In this document: positions 51,598-61,283 of the stretch, in pieces
Layout: every line of letters starts with the position of its first letter
Numbering within the stretch: position 1 is the first letter of the stretch
Assembly: GCA_038065395.1 (NCBI GenBank)
Contig: JBBTRB010000004.1
Coordinates: forward strand, 70,042-134,041
DNA from: Patescibacteria group bacterium
GTDB lineage: Bacteria > Patescibacteriota > Minisyncoccia > Phycocordibacterales > PALSA-1337
Length of the DNA: 64,000 nucleotides
Direction of reading: 5' to 3'
Notes under the pieces: generated by a model
What the model was told of the DNA's origin: nothing
Database searches by the model: none
Seen by the model: only the letters and a program-made list of their open reading frames with translations
Position numbers and translations under genes: made by a program

Positions 51598-52017
51598 GTT
51601 AAGTTCATTACAGTATTTCCAGTTTTCGCTCGTTCCATAGTGTATTTATAAGCCTTGAATACAGTATGGAGCGAGCGTGAGCGAGAGAAGGGTAAATCTC
51701 CCTTCCCGCTAGACACGAAAGCGGCCGACCCCCATCAGGCGGGTCTCCAGTGCCTTCATCAAAATCTCAAGGCAATTGGCGCATCCGGAAGTGTGCAGGT
51801 TGGTGGCTTCACTAGTTGCCAAAAAACGAGTTCTCATCTTTGGCGCATCGAACGCTGACTAGGAGAGTAAGTTTTTAGGACTTGTGCACTGTGCCGACAA
51901 ACAGGAAAAAGACCTCTGCTTTGCAAACAGGGGTCACAGACTCCGATCGGGTTCGAGATTTCCCTGATCGTTTTTCCCGGCGCGGCCTCCCTTTGGAGAC
52001 CGCGCCATTTTCTTTTA
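51598..52017 (+). ncRNA. Candidate ~420-nt non-coding RNA or long regulatory leader, ending in a rho-independent terminator
   Basis: No credible ORF; only a 67-aa track ORF. The 3' hairpin ggcgcgg-cctccctttggaga-ccgcgcc followed by ttttcttttat lies at 51979-52017. Internal hairpins include gaccc-ccatcagg-cgggtc. The class of RNA is unidentified. Confidence 0.35.
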
Positions 52018-52045
52018 TATTCAAATATTTTGCTATACTGCTGAC

Positions 52046-52492
52046 ATGAAACCAGGCTTTGAATACATCGGTATTGCCACTCCTTTTTATTGTCATGACG
52101 GCAAGGGGAATTTACTTATGCACAAAAGAACCACGGCTTGTAGAGATGAGCATGAGAGATGGGATACGGGTTCCGGGCAGCTCGAGCACGGACTTTCGCT
52201 TGAAGAAAATGTTTTGAAAGAAGTATTGGAAGAATATGGGTGCAAAGGAGAGATCGAAGGAAGTGTTCCTGCACATGATATTTTCCGAGAACAACATGGG
52301 CAACATACTCATTGGGTAGTCGCGCCTTTTTTCGTAAGAGTCAATCCGGATGAGGTCAAAAACAATGAGCCTCACAAGATGGAAGAGATAAGCTGGTTCA
52401 CTCTAGATACATTGCCTCAGCCTCTTCATTCTGGCTTTGCATATACATTCAAAAAGTACACAGATCATTTCAGGAAACATATCAAAAAATGA
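52046..52492 (+). CDS. Nudix hydrolase
   Basis: Nudix box GSGQLEHGLSLEENVLKEVLEEYG (Gx5Ex7REuxEExGu). A TATACT -10 lies about 9 nt before the ATG, so the mRNA may be leaderless. Confidence 0.75.
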   Translation: MKPGFEYIGIATPFYCHDGKGNLLMHKRTTACRDEHERWDTGSGQLEHGLSLEENVLKEVLEEYGCKGEIEGSVPAHDIFREQHGQHTHWVVAPFFVRVNPDEVKNNEPHKMEEISWFTLDTLPQPLHSGFAYTFKKYTDHFRKHIKK

Positions 52493-53166
52493 AACCCTCA
52501 TTCTCTCTGCCACACCTTTCAAGTCACTCCCACTACCTCATCGGTTCAGATGAGTTGCGAGCACAATTGAAAACAATCCTTGAAGAAGTACACGGTATCT
52601 CTATTCATGGCAACCCAGACTTTTTTGAGTCTACACACGAAGTCTTCACGATAGACGACTCGCGCAAACTTATTGAGATGCACGGGATTCGCCCAGTTCA
52701 CATTTCAGGGAAAAAGATCGTGATCATCACCATGCAGGGTATCACTGGCGAAGCGCAAAATGCACTGTTGAAGTTGCTCGAAGAGCCGGCAGAGTTTGCG
52801 TACTTTTTCTTGATAGTTCCCTCGGCACATCTACTATTACCAACCGTGAAGTCGCGCCTTACATTGATCGAGACTTCTCGAGCTGAAGTAGAGACGGATA
52901 CGACTGAAGCCATAGCATTCATGAAGGCTTCACCTGCAAAACGTCTCGATATTATCAAAAAGTTACTTGATGATATTTCCAAAGAAAAAAAGACCAAACA
53001 AGACGCGATAAACTTCCTAGATCAAGTACAACGTGTCGTCTATGAAAAGAGGGGAGTGAAGGATGGGTTGAAGAGTCTCGAAACGATCGAGATGGCGCGA
53101 ACGTATATTCATGACCGTGCTCCGTCGCTCAAGATGTTGTTGGAGGGGGTGGCTCTCAGTATTTAA
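52489..53166 (+). CDS. holB: DNA polymerase III delta' subunit-like clamp-loader protein (short)
   Basis: QNALLKLLEEP and TVKSRL (sensor-2/SRC-like) motifs. It lacks a Walker A, as is typical of delta'. 4-nt overlap with the nudix gene. Confidence 0.65.
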   Translation: MKPSFSLPHLSSHSHYLIGSDELRAQLKTILEEVHGISIHGNPDFFESTHEVFTIDDSRKLIEMHGIRPVHISGKKIVIITMQGITGEAQNALLKLLEEPAEFAYFFLIVPSAHLLLPTVKSRLTLIETSRAEVETDTTEAIAFMKASPAKRLDIIKKLLDDISKEKKTKQDAINFLDQVQRVVYEKRGVKDGLKSLETIEMARTYIHDRAPSLKMLLEGVALSI

Positions 53167-53178
53167 GTATAGTAGTCT

Positions 53179-53364
53179 GTCATCCCCGCGAAGGCGGGGA
53201 TCCAGGAGCAAGGGCGTGACAACTTAATTAGATCTACACAACCACCAAATACTGAAGACTTGGCTCTGTAAGTAAATGCCGAACTCCCCAAGTTTATTAT
53301 TTATATAACCTAAGTGAATTATATACTGGAAGTGATTCTGGATCCCCGCCTTCGCGGGGATGAC
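53179..53364. mobile_element. MITE-like element: 27-bp terminal inverted repeats (gtcatccccgcgaaggcggggatccag / ctggatccccgccttcgcggggatgac) flanking ~130 bp of AT-rich non-coding DNA
   Basis: 53179-53205 is the reverse complement of 53338-53364, with a single internal difference. Each TIR is itself a GC hairpin of the REP-like family. Confidence 0.5.
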
Positions 53365-53387
53365 ACACTGTGCTATGATGTGCCCAT

Positions 53388-53939
53388 ATGGCATACGATT
53401 TTTCCCCATTCAAAAAAGAGCTTGTAGGCACCGAGGAGTGGTTCAAGCGTGAGGCAGGTACTATCCGGACTGGTCAGGCCAACCCAGCAGTCCTCGATGG
53501 TGTCAAGGTAGAGGTATATGGTGCGCCGATGAACCTCAAAGAAGTCGCGGCGGTCGTGATCGAAGGTGCTCGCACTCTCCGCGTTACTCCGTGGGATACT
53601 GCACAGACCAAGGAGATAGAGAAGGCTCTCACTGCGTCGAACCTTGGTCTTTCGATCGCATCGGATGATCAGGGTGTGCGCATTAGCTTCCCAGAGCTCA
53701 CTTCCGAGCGTCGAGCAGAGATCGCAAAGATTGCCAAAGAGAAGCTCGAAGGTGCACGTACTCAGGTGCGTCATCATCGCGACGCCATCATTAAGGACCT
53801 CCAGGCTCGTGAGAAGGCTGGTGGCATGGGCAAAGACGAGATCTTCCGTCTCAAGAACGAAACTCAGAAGCTCGTCGATGATGCCAACAAGAAGCTCGAG
53901 GCTCTGTACGAAAAGAAAGAGAAGGAGATATTAGGCTAA
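53388..53939 (+). CDS. frr: Ribosome recycling factor
   Basis: Full-length RRF (183 aa) with the conserved VEVYG and RVTPWD regions. Confidence 0.9.
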   Translation: MAYDFSPFKKELVGTEEWFKREAGTIRTGQANPAVLDGVKVEVYGAPMNLKEVAAVVIEGARTLRVTPWDTAQTKEIEKALTASNLGLSIASDDQGVRISFPELTSERRAEIAKIAKEKLEGARTQVRHHRDAIIKDLQAREKAGGMGKDEIFRLKNETQKLVDDANKKLEALYEKKEKEILG

Positions 53940-54012
53940 TTCCTAAGGACTAATTTCTAATTGACCTAAAGAGGTTTTTTAGAAATTAGGTAATTAGAAT
54001 AATTAGAAATTC
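53940..54012. repeat. Intergenic inverted-repeat element (aatttctaatt ... ttagaaattaggtaattagaataattagaaatt)
   Basis: TAATTAG/AATTAGAAAT units arranged as an imperfect palindrome between frr and rseP. Confidence 0.45.
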
Positions 54013-55086
54013 ATGACTGTAATTATATTCCTCATAGTACTCGCCGTCCTCATCTTCGTCCATGAGTTAGGGCATTTTCTGGCTGCCCGATCGTGCGGCA
54101 TACGAGTAGATACATTTGCGCTGGGGTTTGGTCCACGGCTTTTCTCCTGGAAAGTCAAAGAGACCGAATACGCCCTCAACGCTATCCCGTTCGGTGGATA
54201 CGTGAAGATCTTCGGAGAGAATCCTGACGAAGAATCTCTACGTGGTCCTGATGCGCATCGCAGTTTCGTCAACAAACCACGCTGGCAACAGGCGATCGTA
54301 CTCGTAGCCGGAGTCTTTTTCAATTTTGTATTTGCGTGGTTCCTCTACTCAATCATTTTTGCTGTAGGGATCACCGCAACGACGAGCGGGTTCGAACATT
54401 ATGCCGATCGTTTTGAGAATCCGCGGATTATGGTGACCTATGTTACCCCTGCTTCTCCAGCAGAAGTCGCTGGTCTCAAGATGGGAGATATTCTTGTTGG
54501 CTCACCAACGGTTGAAGCCATCCAAGAATCGATCAACCAGAGCAAGGGCGCGCCGATCTCACTTCAGTATGTGCGTGACGAGGAGACTCGAACCCTCAAC
54601 ATCATTTCCAAAGAGGGAATAGTTGAAGGGAGATTTGCAATCGGTATTTCTATGGATACGGTCGGAGATCTGAAGCTGCCTTTCTTCGCCTCCATCAAGG
54701 AAGGTTTTGTATATACCAAAGGAATGATCGCGATGACAGCGATCGGCCTCAAGGACTTTTTCTTGAATCTGTTCCGTGGTACTGCTGACTTTGCTTCTGT
54801 TGCTGGACCTATCGGTATTGCTGGTATCGTAGGGGATGCGGCAGGTCTTGGCTTCACGTATCTTCTGATGATCACTGCGCTGATCTCGATCAACCTCGGT
54901 GTCATCAACCTGATCCCATTCCCGGCACTCGATGGAGGTAGACTCCTTTTTGTCATTATCGAATCGATCGTTCGTAGACGCATCCCTGCGAATTTCGCCA
55001 ATATCGTCAATATGATCGGCTTCGCACTCCTCATGCTCCTGATGGTCGTTGTTACCTACAAGGATATTGCGAAGATGTTCGTGTAG
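54013..55086 (+). CDS. rseP: RseP-like site-2 protease (M50 zinc metalloprotease with PDZ domain)
   Basis: HELGHFLAAR HExxH in TM1, a PDZ domain and the LIPFPALDGGRLL LDG motif. Confidence 0.85.
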   Translation: MTVIIFLIVLAVLIFVHELGHFLAARSCGIRVDTFALGFGPRLFSWKVKETEYALNAIPFGGYVKIFGENPDEESLRGPDAHRSFVNKPRWQQAIVLVAGVFFNFVFAWFLYSIIFAVGITATTSGFEHYADRFENPRIMVTYVTPASPAEVAGLKMGDILVGSPTVEAIQESINQSKGAPISLQYVRDEETRTLNIISKEGIVEGRFAIGISMDTVGDLKLPFFASIKEGFVYTKGMIAMTAIGLKDFFLNLFRGTADFASVAGPIGIAGIVGDAAGLGFTYLLMITALISINLGVINLIPFPALDGGRLLFVIIESIVRRRIPANFANIVNMIGFALLMLLMVVVTYKDIAKMFV

Positions 55087-55496
55087 CCCGTGTCTATTTA
55101 GTGATGTTTGTTTCGTCGAATATCTCGTGTGATCCATATACCCATAAGAGTAAGAGCGATAAGTATGAGCACTCCTATCGCGTGAACAAGGAGCAAATTA
55201 GTATTGAGTGTTTCCATGTAAAGATTTGATTAGGCGGATACTTAGATACCAAAAAGAAAGTGATAAAAATATTCCGAGGCTAATAATGAACAGGTTTCCT
55301 TTTTCTATATATGAACCGACAACCATTGTGCCAAAGAATATCTGAGCAATATCCCGGCTGATCTCCGAATAAGTGACAATGGTTATGTTAACAGATTCTC
55401 GATTCATCCGCTAATTATAGCAATCCTATATATCCGTCAATCGAAAAATAAAATCGACCCACGAAAGTAAGCCATACTCAGTAAAAATTTAATCTG

Positions 55497-55540
55497 TTTT
55501 TATCGTTTCTTTAACCTAAATTTATACGGATTTCATCTCA
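55497..55540 (+). promoter_or_regulatory. Conserved upstream motif, copy D (tttttatcgtttctttaacctaaatttatacggatttcatctca), upstream of proS
   Basis: TTTAAC-variant of the motif, otherwise as copies A-C. Confidence 0.5.
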
Positions 55541-55577
55541 GTAGAGAAAAAATCGCTTTTACGGTATCATTTTACCC

Positions 55578-56813
55578 ATGAAACAATCCCACCTATTCAC
55601 TCGTACTCGTCGTGAAGCGCCAAAAGACGAAGTGGCCAAGAATGCAGAGCTCTTGATCCGTGCAGGGTATATATCAAAAGACATGGCAGGAGTGTATTCT
55701 TTTTTGCCGTTGGGGGTACGGACTCTCAACAAGATCGTACAGATCATCCGTGAAGAGATGGATGCCATCGGCGGCCAAGAGATCCATCTGACATCACTCC
55801 AAGACAAGAAGACCTGGGAGACCACGGGGCGCTGGAGTGACGAAGTTGTCGACAACTGGTTCAAAACAAAACTCAAGAATGATACCGAGGTAGGTCTGGC
55901 CTTCACTCACGAAGAACCGTTGACGCTCCTCATGAAAGATCATATTCGTTCATTCCGTGACTTGCCTGCACTGCCGTACCAGTTCCAGACCAAGTTCCGC
56001 AACGAAGCACGCGCCAAGTCGGGTATCTTGCGTGGTCGTGAATTCTTGATGAAAGATCTCTATACATTCTCTCGTGACACTGCTCAACATGAAGGTCTCT
56101 ACGAACAAGCAAAACAAGCCTATCGACGTATCTTCGACCGACTCGGTATTGGAGGTGATACGTATGTGACATTCGCCAGTGGTGGGTCTTTCGCAAAATA
56201 CTCCCATGAATTTCAGACGGTCTGTGAAGCCGGTGAAGATATGATCTATGTCCATGAAGGCAAGAAGATCGCGGTGAACAAAGAAGTCTTGAATGATGAA
56301 GTGTTGGCTGATCTCGGGGTAAAGAGAGAAGAATTGGTAGAGAAAAAGGCCATAGAAGTCGGAAATATCTTCAGTCTCGGTACCAAGTTCTCCGATGCGT
56401 TCGAGCTCTCATACCAAGACGAAGATGGCACCTCCAAGTCAGTAGTGATGGGTAGTTATGGTATCGGTCCATCTCGTGTGATGGGAACGATCGCTGAGTT
56501 GTGGTCCGACGACAAGGGCCTCGTCTGGCCAGAAGCCGTGGCACCATTCAAAGTTCACCTCATCGCTCTCTACGACAAAGCCGGCAAGGTCAAACCAGTT
56601 GTCGAAGAGCTCTATACGCGTTTGACCAGTGCGGGTGTCGAGGTCTTATATGATGACCGTGAAGTCGGTGCAGGCGAAAAATTCAGCGACTCTGACCTCA
56701 TCGGTATTCCTCGAAGGATCATCGTCAGCGAAAAGACCCTAGCTACAGACTCTGCTGAGGTCAAAGACAGACAGACGGGGAAAGTGGAGATGATGAAGTT
56801 GGAAAAATTATAA
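55578..56813 (+). CDS. proS: Prolyl-tRNA synthetase (short form without the INS editing domain)
   Basis: Class II motifs (FRDLPALPYQFQTKFRNE, RGREFLMKDLYTF) and an anticodon-binding C-terminal domain. 411 aa. Confidence 0.9.
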   Translation: MKQSHLFTRTRREAPKDEVAKNAELLIRAGYISKDMAGVYSFLPLGVRTLNKIVQIIREEMDAIGGQEIHLTSLQDKKTWETTGRWSDEVVDNWFKTKLKNDTEVGLAFTHEEPLTLLMKDHIRSFRDLPALPYQFQTKFRNEARAKSGILRGREFLMKDLYTFSRDTAQHEGLYEQAKQAYRRIFDRLGIGGDTYVTFASGGSFAKYSHEFQTVCEAGEDMIYVHEGKKIAVNKEVLNDEVLADLGVKREELVEKKAIEVGNIFSLGTKFSDAFELSYQDEDGTSKSVVMGSYGIGPSRVMGTIAELWSDDKGLVWPEAVAPFKVHLIALYDKAGKVKPVVEELYTRLTSAGVEVLYDDREVGAGEKFSDSDLIGIPRRIIVSEKTLATDSAEVKDRQTGKVEMMKLEKL

Positions 56814-56828
56814 TTATATTTAAATAAC

Positions 56829-57131
56829 ATGACACCACAACAAATAATCTTTCTTATAGTTTTAGCTACAACAATTTACATAATGATTAAAGAGAAGAAG
56901 TCTGTCTCCTCAGGTCAGACTTCCCAGGAGCCTCTTACGAAAAATTTAAAAATAATAATTTGGGTTTTGTGCATACTTAATCCTCTTATTGCCGGAACAA
57001 TTCTTTACTATGGTTGGAAAAAGAAACTCCCTATAAAGGCTCATAAGGCAAATCAGATTTCTCTCTGGGCATTTTTCATCCTTCTAGTCATTGGAATTGG
57101 ACTATTCTTTGTTCTTCCTCCGAGTTTGTAG
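56829..57131 (+). CDS. Hypothetical small 2-TM membrane protein (AT-rich gene)
   Basis: Two hydrophobic helices. GC lower than the flanks. Confidence 0.4.
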   Translation: MTPQQIIFLIVLATTIYIMIKEKKSVSSGQTSQEPLTKNLKIIIWVLCILNPLIAGTILYYGWKKKLPIKAHKANQISLWAFFILLVIGIGLFFVLPPSL

Positions 57132-57323
57132 AATAAGAAAAAGCCCACCTTACTGTTTATTGCAGATAAGGCGGGCGGAACCTTTGAACCGCGAGACTGT
57201 TAGACCAAGATACCGATAAACCATAAGACAGCTAAACCGTCGAACTGTTCCAAGGAACAATCTAACAAAGCAATCGCGAAGTGTCAATTCCTGGGATACA
57301 GTCATATATGATAGTGTTGTCCT

Positions 57324-58388
57324 ATGGATTTCAAAGAGCGTATTCAACACTTTCTCAATCGTTTCTCCAATGAGATCGGTATCGATCTCGGTACTGCCAA
57401 CACGCTCGTCTATGTGCGTGGCAAGGGTATCGTCGTTGACGAACCTTCGGTAGTAGCAGTGAACCAGAAGACCGGACAGGTAGTGGCGATCGGCAAAGCC
57501 GCAAAAGAGATGCTCGGTCGCACCCCGCAACATATCGTAGCTATTCGTCCGCTCGTTGACGGTGTGATATCTGACTTCGAAGTCACCGAAGAAATGCTCG
57601 CCTATCTCATGAAGCGCGCAGGGGAGTTCATGCCTCGCAAACTCCTCGGCCCACGAGTGGTCGTCGGTATTCCGTCGGGTGTCACCAATGTCGAGGCGCG
57701 TGCTGTCCGTGATGCAACCAAGAACGCAGGTGCACGCGAAGTACATATCGTAGAACAGCCGATGGCAGGAGCGATCGGTATTCGTCTGCCGATCCACGAA
57801 CCAGTCGGAAGTCTGATCATCGACATTGGTGGTGGTACGACTGATATTGCGGTGATATCACTCGGCGGCATCGTCCGCTCCAAGAGTCTGCGTATCGCTG
57901 GCGACAAACTCAACAACGACATCATTTCTTATATTCGCAATGAATTCAAAATCCTGATCGGTGAGACGACTGCAGAACAGGTCAAGCTTGCCGTCGGTGC
58001 AGTCATCCCTGGAGATCCACTCGAGACAACGATCCGTGGTCGAGATCTCATCACCGGTCTCCCTCGTGAAGTTGTGATCACTGACTCTGACATCCGTGAG
58101 GCGATGAATCATTCCATTTCTATACTTCTCGATGCTACGCGCGAAGTCCTCGAGACAACACCACCAGAGATCTTGGCAGACATCATGCGTCGGGGTCTCT
58201 ACATGGTCGGTGGAGGAGCGTTGATCAAAGGCTTGGCAGAACTCATACATGATACCTTCAGGCTCCCTGTGACAGTGGCAGATGAACCATTGACCGCTAT
58301 TGCACGTGGTGCCGGTATCATCCTCGAAGATCTGGAGAAATATCGCAGTGTCCTTATCCACGAAGATGATGTATCTCATACCTCATAA
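57324..58388 (+). CDS. mreB: Rod shape-determining protein MreB (paralog 2, heading mreCD-pbp2)
   Basis: IGIDLGTANTLVYV and LIIDIGGGTTDIAVISLGG motifs. Confidence 0.85.
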   Translation: MDFKERIQHFLNRFSNEIGIDLGTANTLVYVRGKGIVVDEPSVVAVNQKTGQVVAIGKAAKEMLGRTPQHIVAIRPLVDGVISDFEVTEEMLAYLMKRAGEFMPRKLLGPRVVVGIPSGVTNVEARAVRDATKNAGAREVHIVEQPMAGAIGIRLPIHEPVGSLIIDIGGGTTDIAVISLGGIVRSKSLRIAGDKLNNDIISYIRNEFKILIGETTAEQVKLAVGAVIPGDPLETTIRGRDLITGLPREVVITDSDIREAMNHSISILLDATREVLETTPPEILADIMRRGLYMVGGGALIKGLAELIHDTFRLPVTVADEPLTAIARGAGIILEDLEKYRSVLIHEDDVSHTS

Positions 58389-59178
58389 TGCATCACGAAG
58401 GGGTAGACGTGTCCTCATCCTGGTCGTCGGGGTATGTGTGCTCGTCGTAGGCTTCACCTATCTCGTCATACCGCATGTTTTTGCAGGTATGGTCACGGCT
58501 CTAGCAACACCTTTTTGGCGAGCATCATTCTCGATAGAGAGTGGGGCACTGCGATCTACTCCACAGCTCCTCGAAGAGCTCGAGTCATTGCGTAGGGAAC
58601 ATGCAGACTACGAGGTTCGTCTCGAGACGATCCGTGCAGTCGAACGAGAGAACAGTGAACTCAAGAAGATCCTCGGTCGAGATATGATCATCTCAACGAC
58701 GTCAGCGCAGATAGAAGATCAGGGACTCCTGGCCGCAGTGCTCAAGCGCCCACCGATACAAGTCTATGATGAGTTGATAGTCGATGTCGGGAGTGACGAC
58801 GGAGTGACCTCGGGGGATCTCGTCTATGCACCTGGCAGGGTACTCGTCGGCAAGGTGAGCTCGGTGCTCGGCTCCAGTGCGCATGTACTCCTCTTCTCGT
58901 CTCCGGGGCAGCAGTACGAGGTCATGATCGGTTCGCATCATATCCCTGCCACGGCGGTCGGTCGAGGTGGAGGTCAATACGAAGCCCAGGTCGCTCGTGA
59001 TATATCCGTGACAGAAGGAGACTTTGTCGAAGTACCGTCTCTGGATGATCGACCATTCGCTACGGTGACTACGGTCATATCTGATCCGACACAACCGTTC
59101 AAGACGATCCTCTTTGCTCCGACGGTCAATATGTATGAGCTACGCTGGGTGATGGTAAAGAAAAAGACACATGACTAG
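58366..59178 (+). CDS. mreC: Rod shape-determining protein MreC
   Basis: N-terminal TM, coiled coil (LLEELESLRREHADYEVRLETIRAVERENSELKKIL) and beta-rich C-terminal domain. The position after mreB supports the call. The start is uncertain (ATG 58366/58369). Confidence 0.6.
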   Translation: MMYLIPHNASRRGRRVLILVVGVCVLVVGFTYLVIPHVFAGMVTALATPFWRASFSIESGALRSTPQLLEELESLRREHADYEVRLETIRAVERENSELKKILGRDMIISTTSAQIEDQGLLAAVLKRPPIQVYDELIVDVGSDDGVTSGDLVYAPGRVLVGKVSSVLGSSAHVLLFSSPGQQYEVMIGSHHIPATAVGRGGGQYEAQVARDISVTEGDFVEVPSLDDRPFATVTTVISDPTQPFKTILFAPTVNMYELRWVMVKKKTHD

Positions 59179-59431
59179 TACATTCGTTCGTATTATATTC
59201 GGCCTCCTGCTCGGTGTCAGTGTTCTCAATGGCTGGTGGCTCGTCGCTCTGCCTCTGTGTGCACTCGGTGTATGGTTCTTTCCTTTGTATATAGAATGTA
59301 TCATTGCGGGAATTGTATTTGATGCGTTGTTCGGACTCACGCCGGGTATCGGTCTCTGGGCGTATGTTGGTACGATCGGGTCAGTTGTCGTATTTGGTGT
59401 TGTCGGATTTTTCAAGAACAAGATGAGGTAG
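59171..59431 (+). CDS. mreD: MreD-like small membrane protein
   Basis: 86 aa, three hydrophobic helices. Assigned by position between mreC and pbp2 only. Confidence 0.35.
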   Translation: MTSTFVRIIFGLLLGVSVLNGWWLVALPLCALGVWFFPLYIECIIAGIVFDALFGLTPGIGLWAYVGTIGSVVVFGVVGFFKNKMR

Positions 59432-59457
59432 AGGATTATCCATGATACGATACCCGT

Positions 59458-61197
59458 ATGCCTCATTCTTGGAAAAAGTTTTTCATACGTCGCAGGCGCA
59501 GAAGTCATGAGATCGACCCAGACCAGGTAATGCTCGACTCGAGCAATCTGCCCAACTTCGACACGTCACAGTTCGAGGGTCGTATCACCAAACCGATCTC
59601 GCTCGTAGCACTCTACGGTGTGGGGGTATTTTTCCTGTTGTGTCTGGGAGTATTCATATTCCAGGCGGGGACACTGCAGATAGTCCAAGGTCAAGAATAT
59701 CGAGAGAGGAGTGAGCGCAACACGTTGCGACCGATACCACTCTTTGCGGGGAGAGGAGTGTTGTACGACCGCAACGGTGTCACGCTGGCATGGAACGCGC
59801 CACATGATGTGAGCACTCCAGATGCTCAGGCCACCTCGTCTCTCTTTTCGAGTGACCTGGTACCACAACGCGAATACGCAACTTCTTCTGGTCTCTCGCA
59901 TGTACTCGGATATGTAAAATATCCTTCCAAAGACAACAATGGTTTTTATTACCAAGGTGATTTCGAAGGAGTCGATGGAACAGAGGAATATTTTGATGAA
60001 CGGCTCAAAGGGGAAAATGGTTCGCGACTGGTTGAAGTCGATGCGCGTGGCAATGCGCTCTCGCATAATACGATCCGTCCACCACAACAAGGAGAGAGTG
60101 TAACACTCTCGATCGACTCGAAAGTTCAGTCGGCCCTCTATCGCAACATCAAAGACATCGCCGAGCGAGTCGGATTTACCGGTGGCGCTGGGGTGATCAT
60201 GGATATTCACACCGGAGAGCTGATCGCCCTGACCAGTTATCCAGAATACGATTCGCAGGTTATGTCCGACAAGACGGACTCTACGGCAGTACGTGCGATG
60301 CTCAATGATTCACGGCTTCCATTCCTGGATAGGGCGGTCGACGGTCTCTACACCCCTGGATCGATCATCAAGCCCTACATGGCACTGGCCGCGCTCAATG
60401 AAAAGGTCATCGAACCTACTACCGTCATCACTTCTAGTGGCTCGATCTCGATACCCAACCCATATGACAAGACAAAGTCGACGATATTCCGTGACTGGAA
60501 ATCTCATGGACCAGTCGATATGAGGAAGGCTCTGGCGGTGTCGTCTGACGTATATTTCTATATTGTCGGCGGAGGATACAATGATCAGAAAGGTCTCGGG
60601 GTTGCACGTATCGATGCGTATCTGATGAAGTTCGGATTCGGTGCACCCATAGGCGAGTCATTCGTCAGTGGCAAGACAGGTGTCATCCCGACTCCACAAT
60701 GGAAAAAGGAGACCTTCGATGAAGATTGGTACCTCGGAGATACGTACAACACCTCTATCGGTCAATATGGCTTCTTGGTGACACCGGTACAGATGGTACG
60801 AGCAGTTGCCTCGGTCGCCAATGGTGGCAGAATACTGACTCCTCATATAGAAAAGACCAATACTCCAGAAGTAGAGAGTACGGTCGATATCCCTGAAAAT
60901 TATTTCAAGATTGTACGCGAAGGTATGCGCATGAGTGTGTTGCCCGGAGGCACGGGAGTAGCGCTCAGTGTGCCGTATGTAGAGATTGCTGCCAAGTCGG
61001 GTACCGCAGAGCTCGGTGTAGCAAAAGACAAGGTCAACTCATGGATCACCGGCTTCTGGCCATATGAGAATCCACGCTACGCCTTTGCGGTGATGCTCGA
61101 GAAGGGCTCAGTCCACAACCTGATCGGTGCAGCCGCAGCGACCCGTCAACAGCTCGACTGGATGCATCTCAATACGCCAGAGTATTTCGAGGAGTAA
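59458..61197 (+). CDS. mrdA: Penicillin-binding protein 2 (elongasome transpeptidase)
   Basis: SxxK (GSIIKPY), SxN (SSDVYF) and K[ST]G (KSGTAE) motifs. N-terminal TM plus dimerisation domain. Confidence 0.85.
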   Translation: MPHSWKKFFIRRRRRSHEIDPDQVMLDSSNLPNFDTSQFEGRITKPISLVALYGVGVFFLLCLGVFIFQAGTLQIVQGQEYRERSERNTLRPIPLFAGRGVLYDRNGVTLAWNAPHDVSTPDAQATSSLFSSDLVPQREYATSSGLSHVLGYVKYPSKDNNGFYYQGDFEGVDGTEEYFDERLKGENGSRLVEVDARGNALSHNTIRPPQQGESVTLSIDSKVQSALYRNIKDIAERVGFTGGAGVIMDIHTGELIALTSYPEYDSQVMSDKTDSTAVRAMLNDSRLPFLDRAVDGLYTPGSIIKPYMALAALNEKVIEPTTVITSSGSISIPNPYDKTKSTIFRDWKSHGPVDMRKALAVSSDVYFYIVGGGYNDQKGLGVARIDAYLMKFGFGAPIGESFVSGKTGVIPTPQWKKETFDEDWYLGDTYNTSIGQYGFLVTPVQMVRAVASVANGGRILTPHIEKTNTPEVESTVDIPENYFKIVREGMRMSVLPGGTGVALSVPYVEIAAKSGTAELGVAKDKVNSWITGFWPYENPRYAFAVMLEKGSVHNLIGAAAATRQQLDWMHLNTPEYFEE

Positions 61198-61283
61198 AAA
61201 GCCTATTCTTCTATTCTTTTACATGATATACTAGAGTCCTTACTGTTTTAATGCACATCTTAGACCCCTAAGAGCTTTTTATT

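Noticed and set aside
51730-51800. SRP (4.5S) RNA helix-8-like sequence (catccGGAAgtgtgcagg)
   Set aside because: It resembles the GGAA tetraloop region of SRP RNA only superficially. The flanking nucleotides cannot form the conserved helix 8 with its symmetric internal loop, and the AGCAGC/GCAGG elements are absent.
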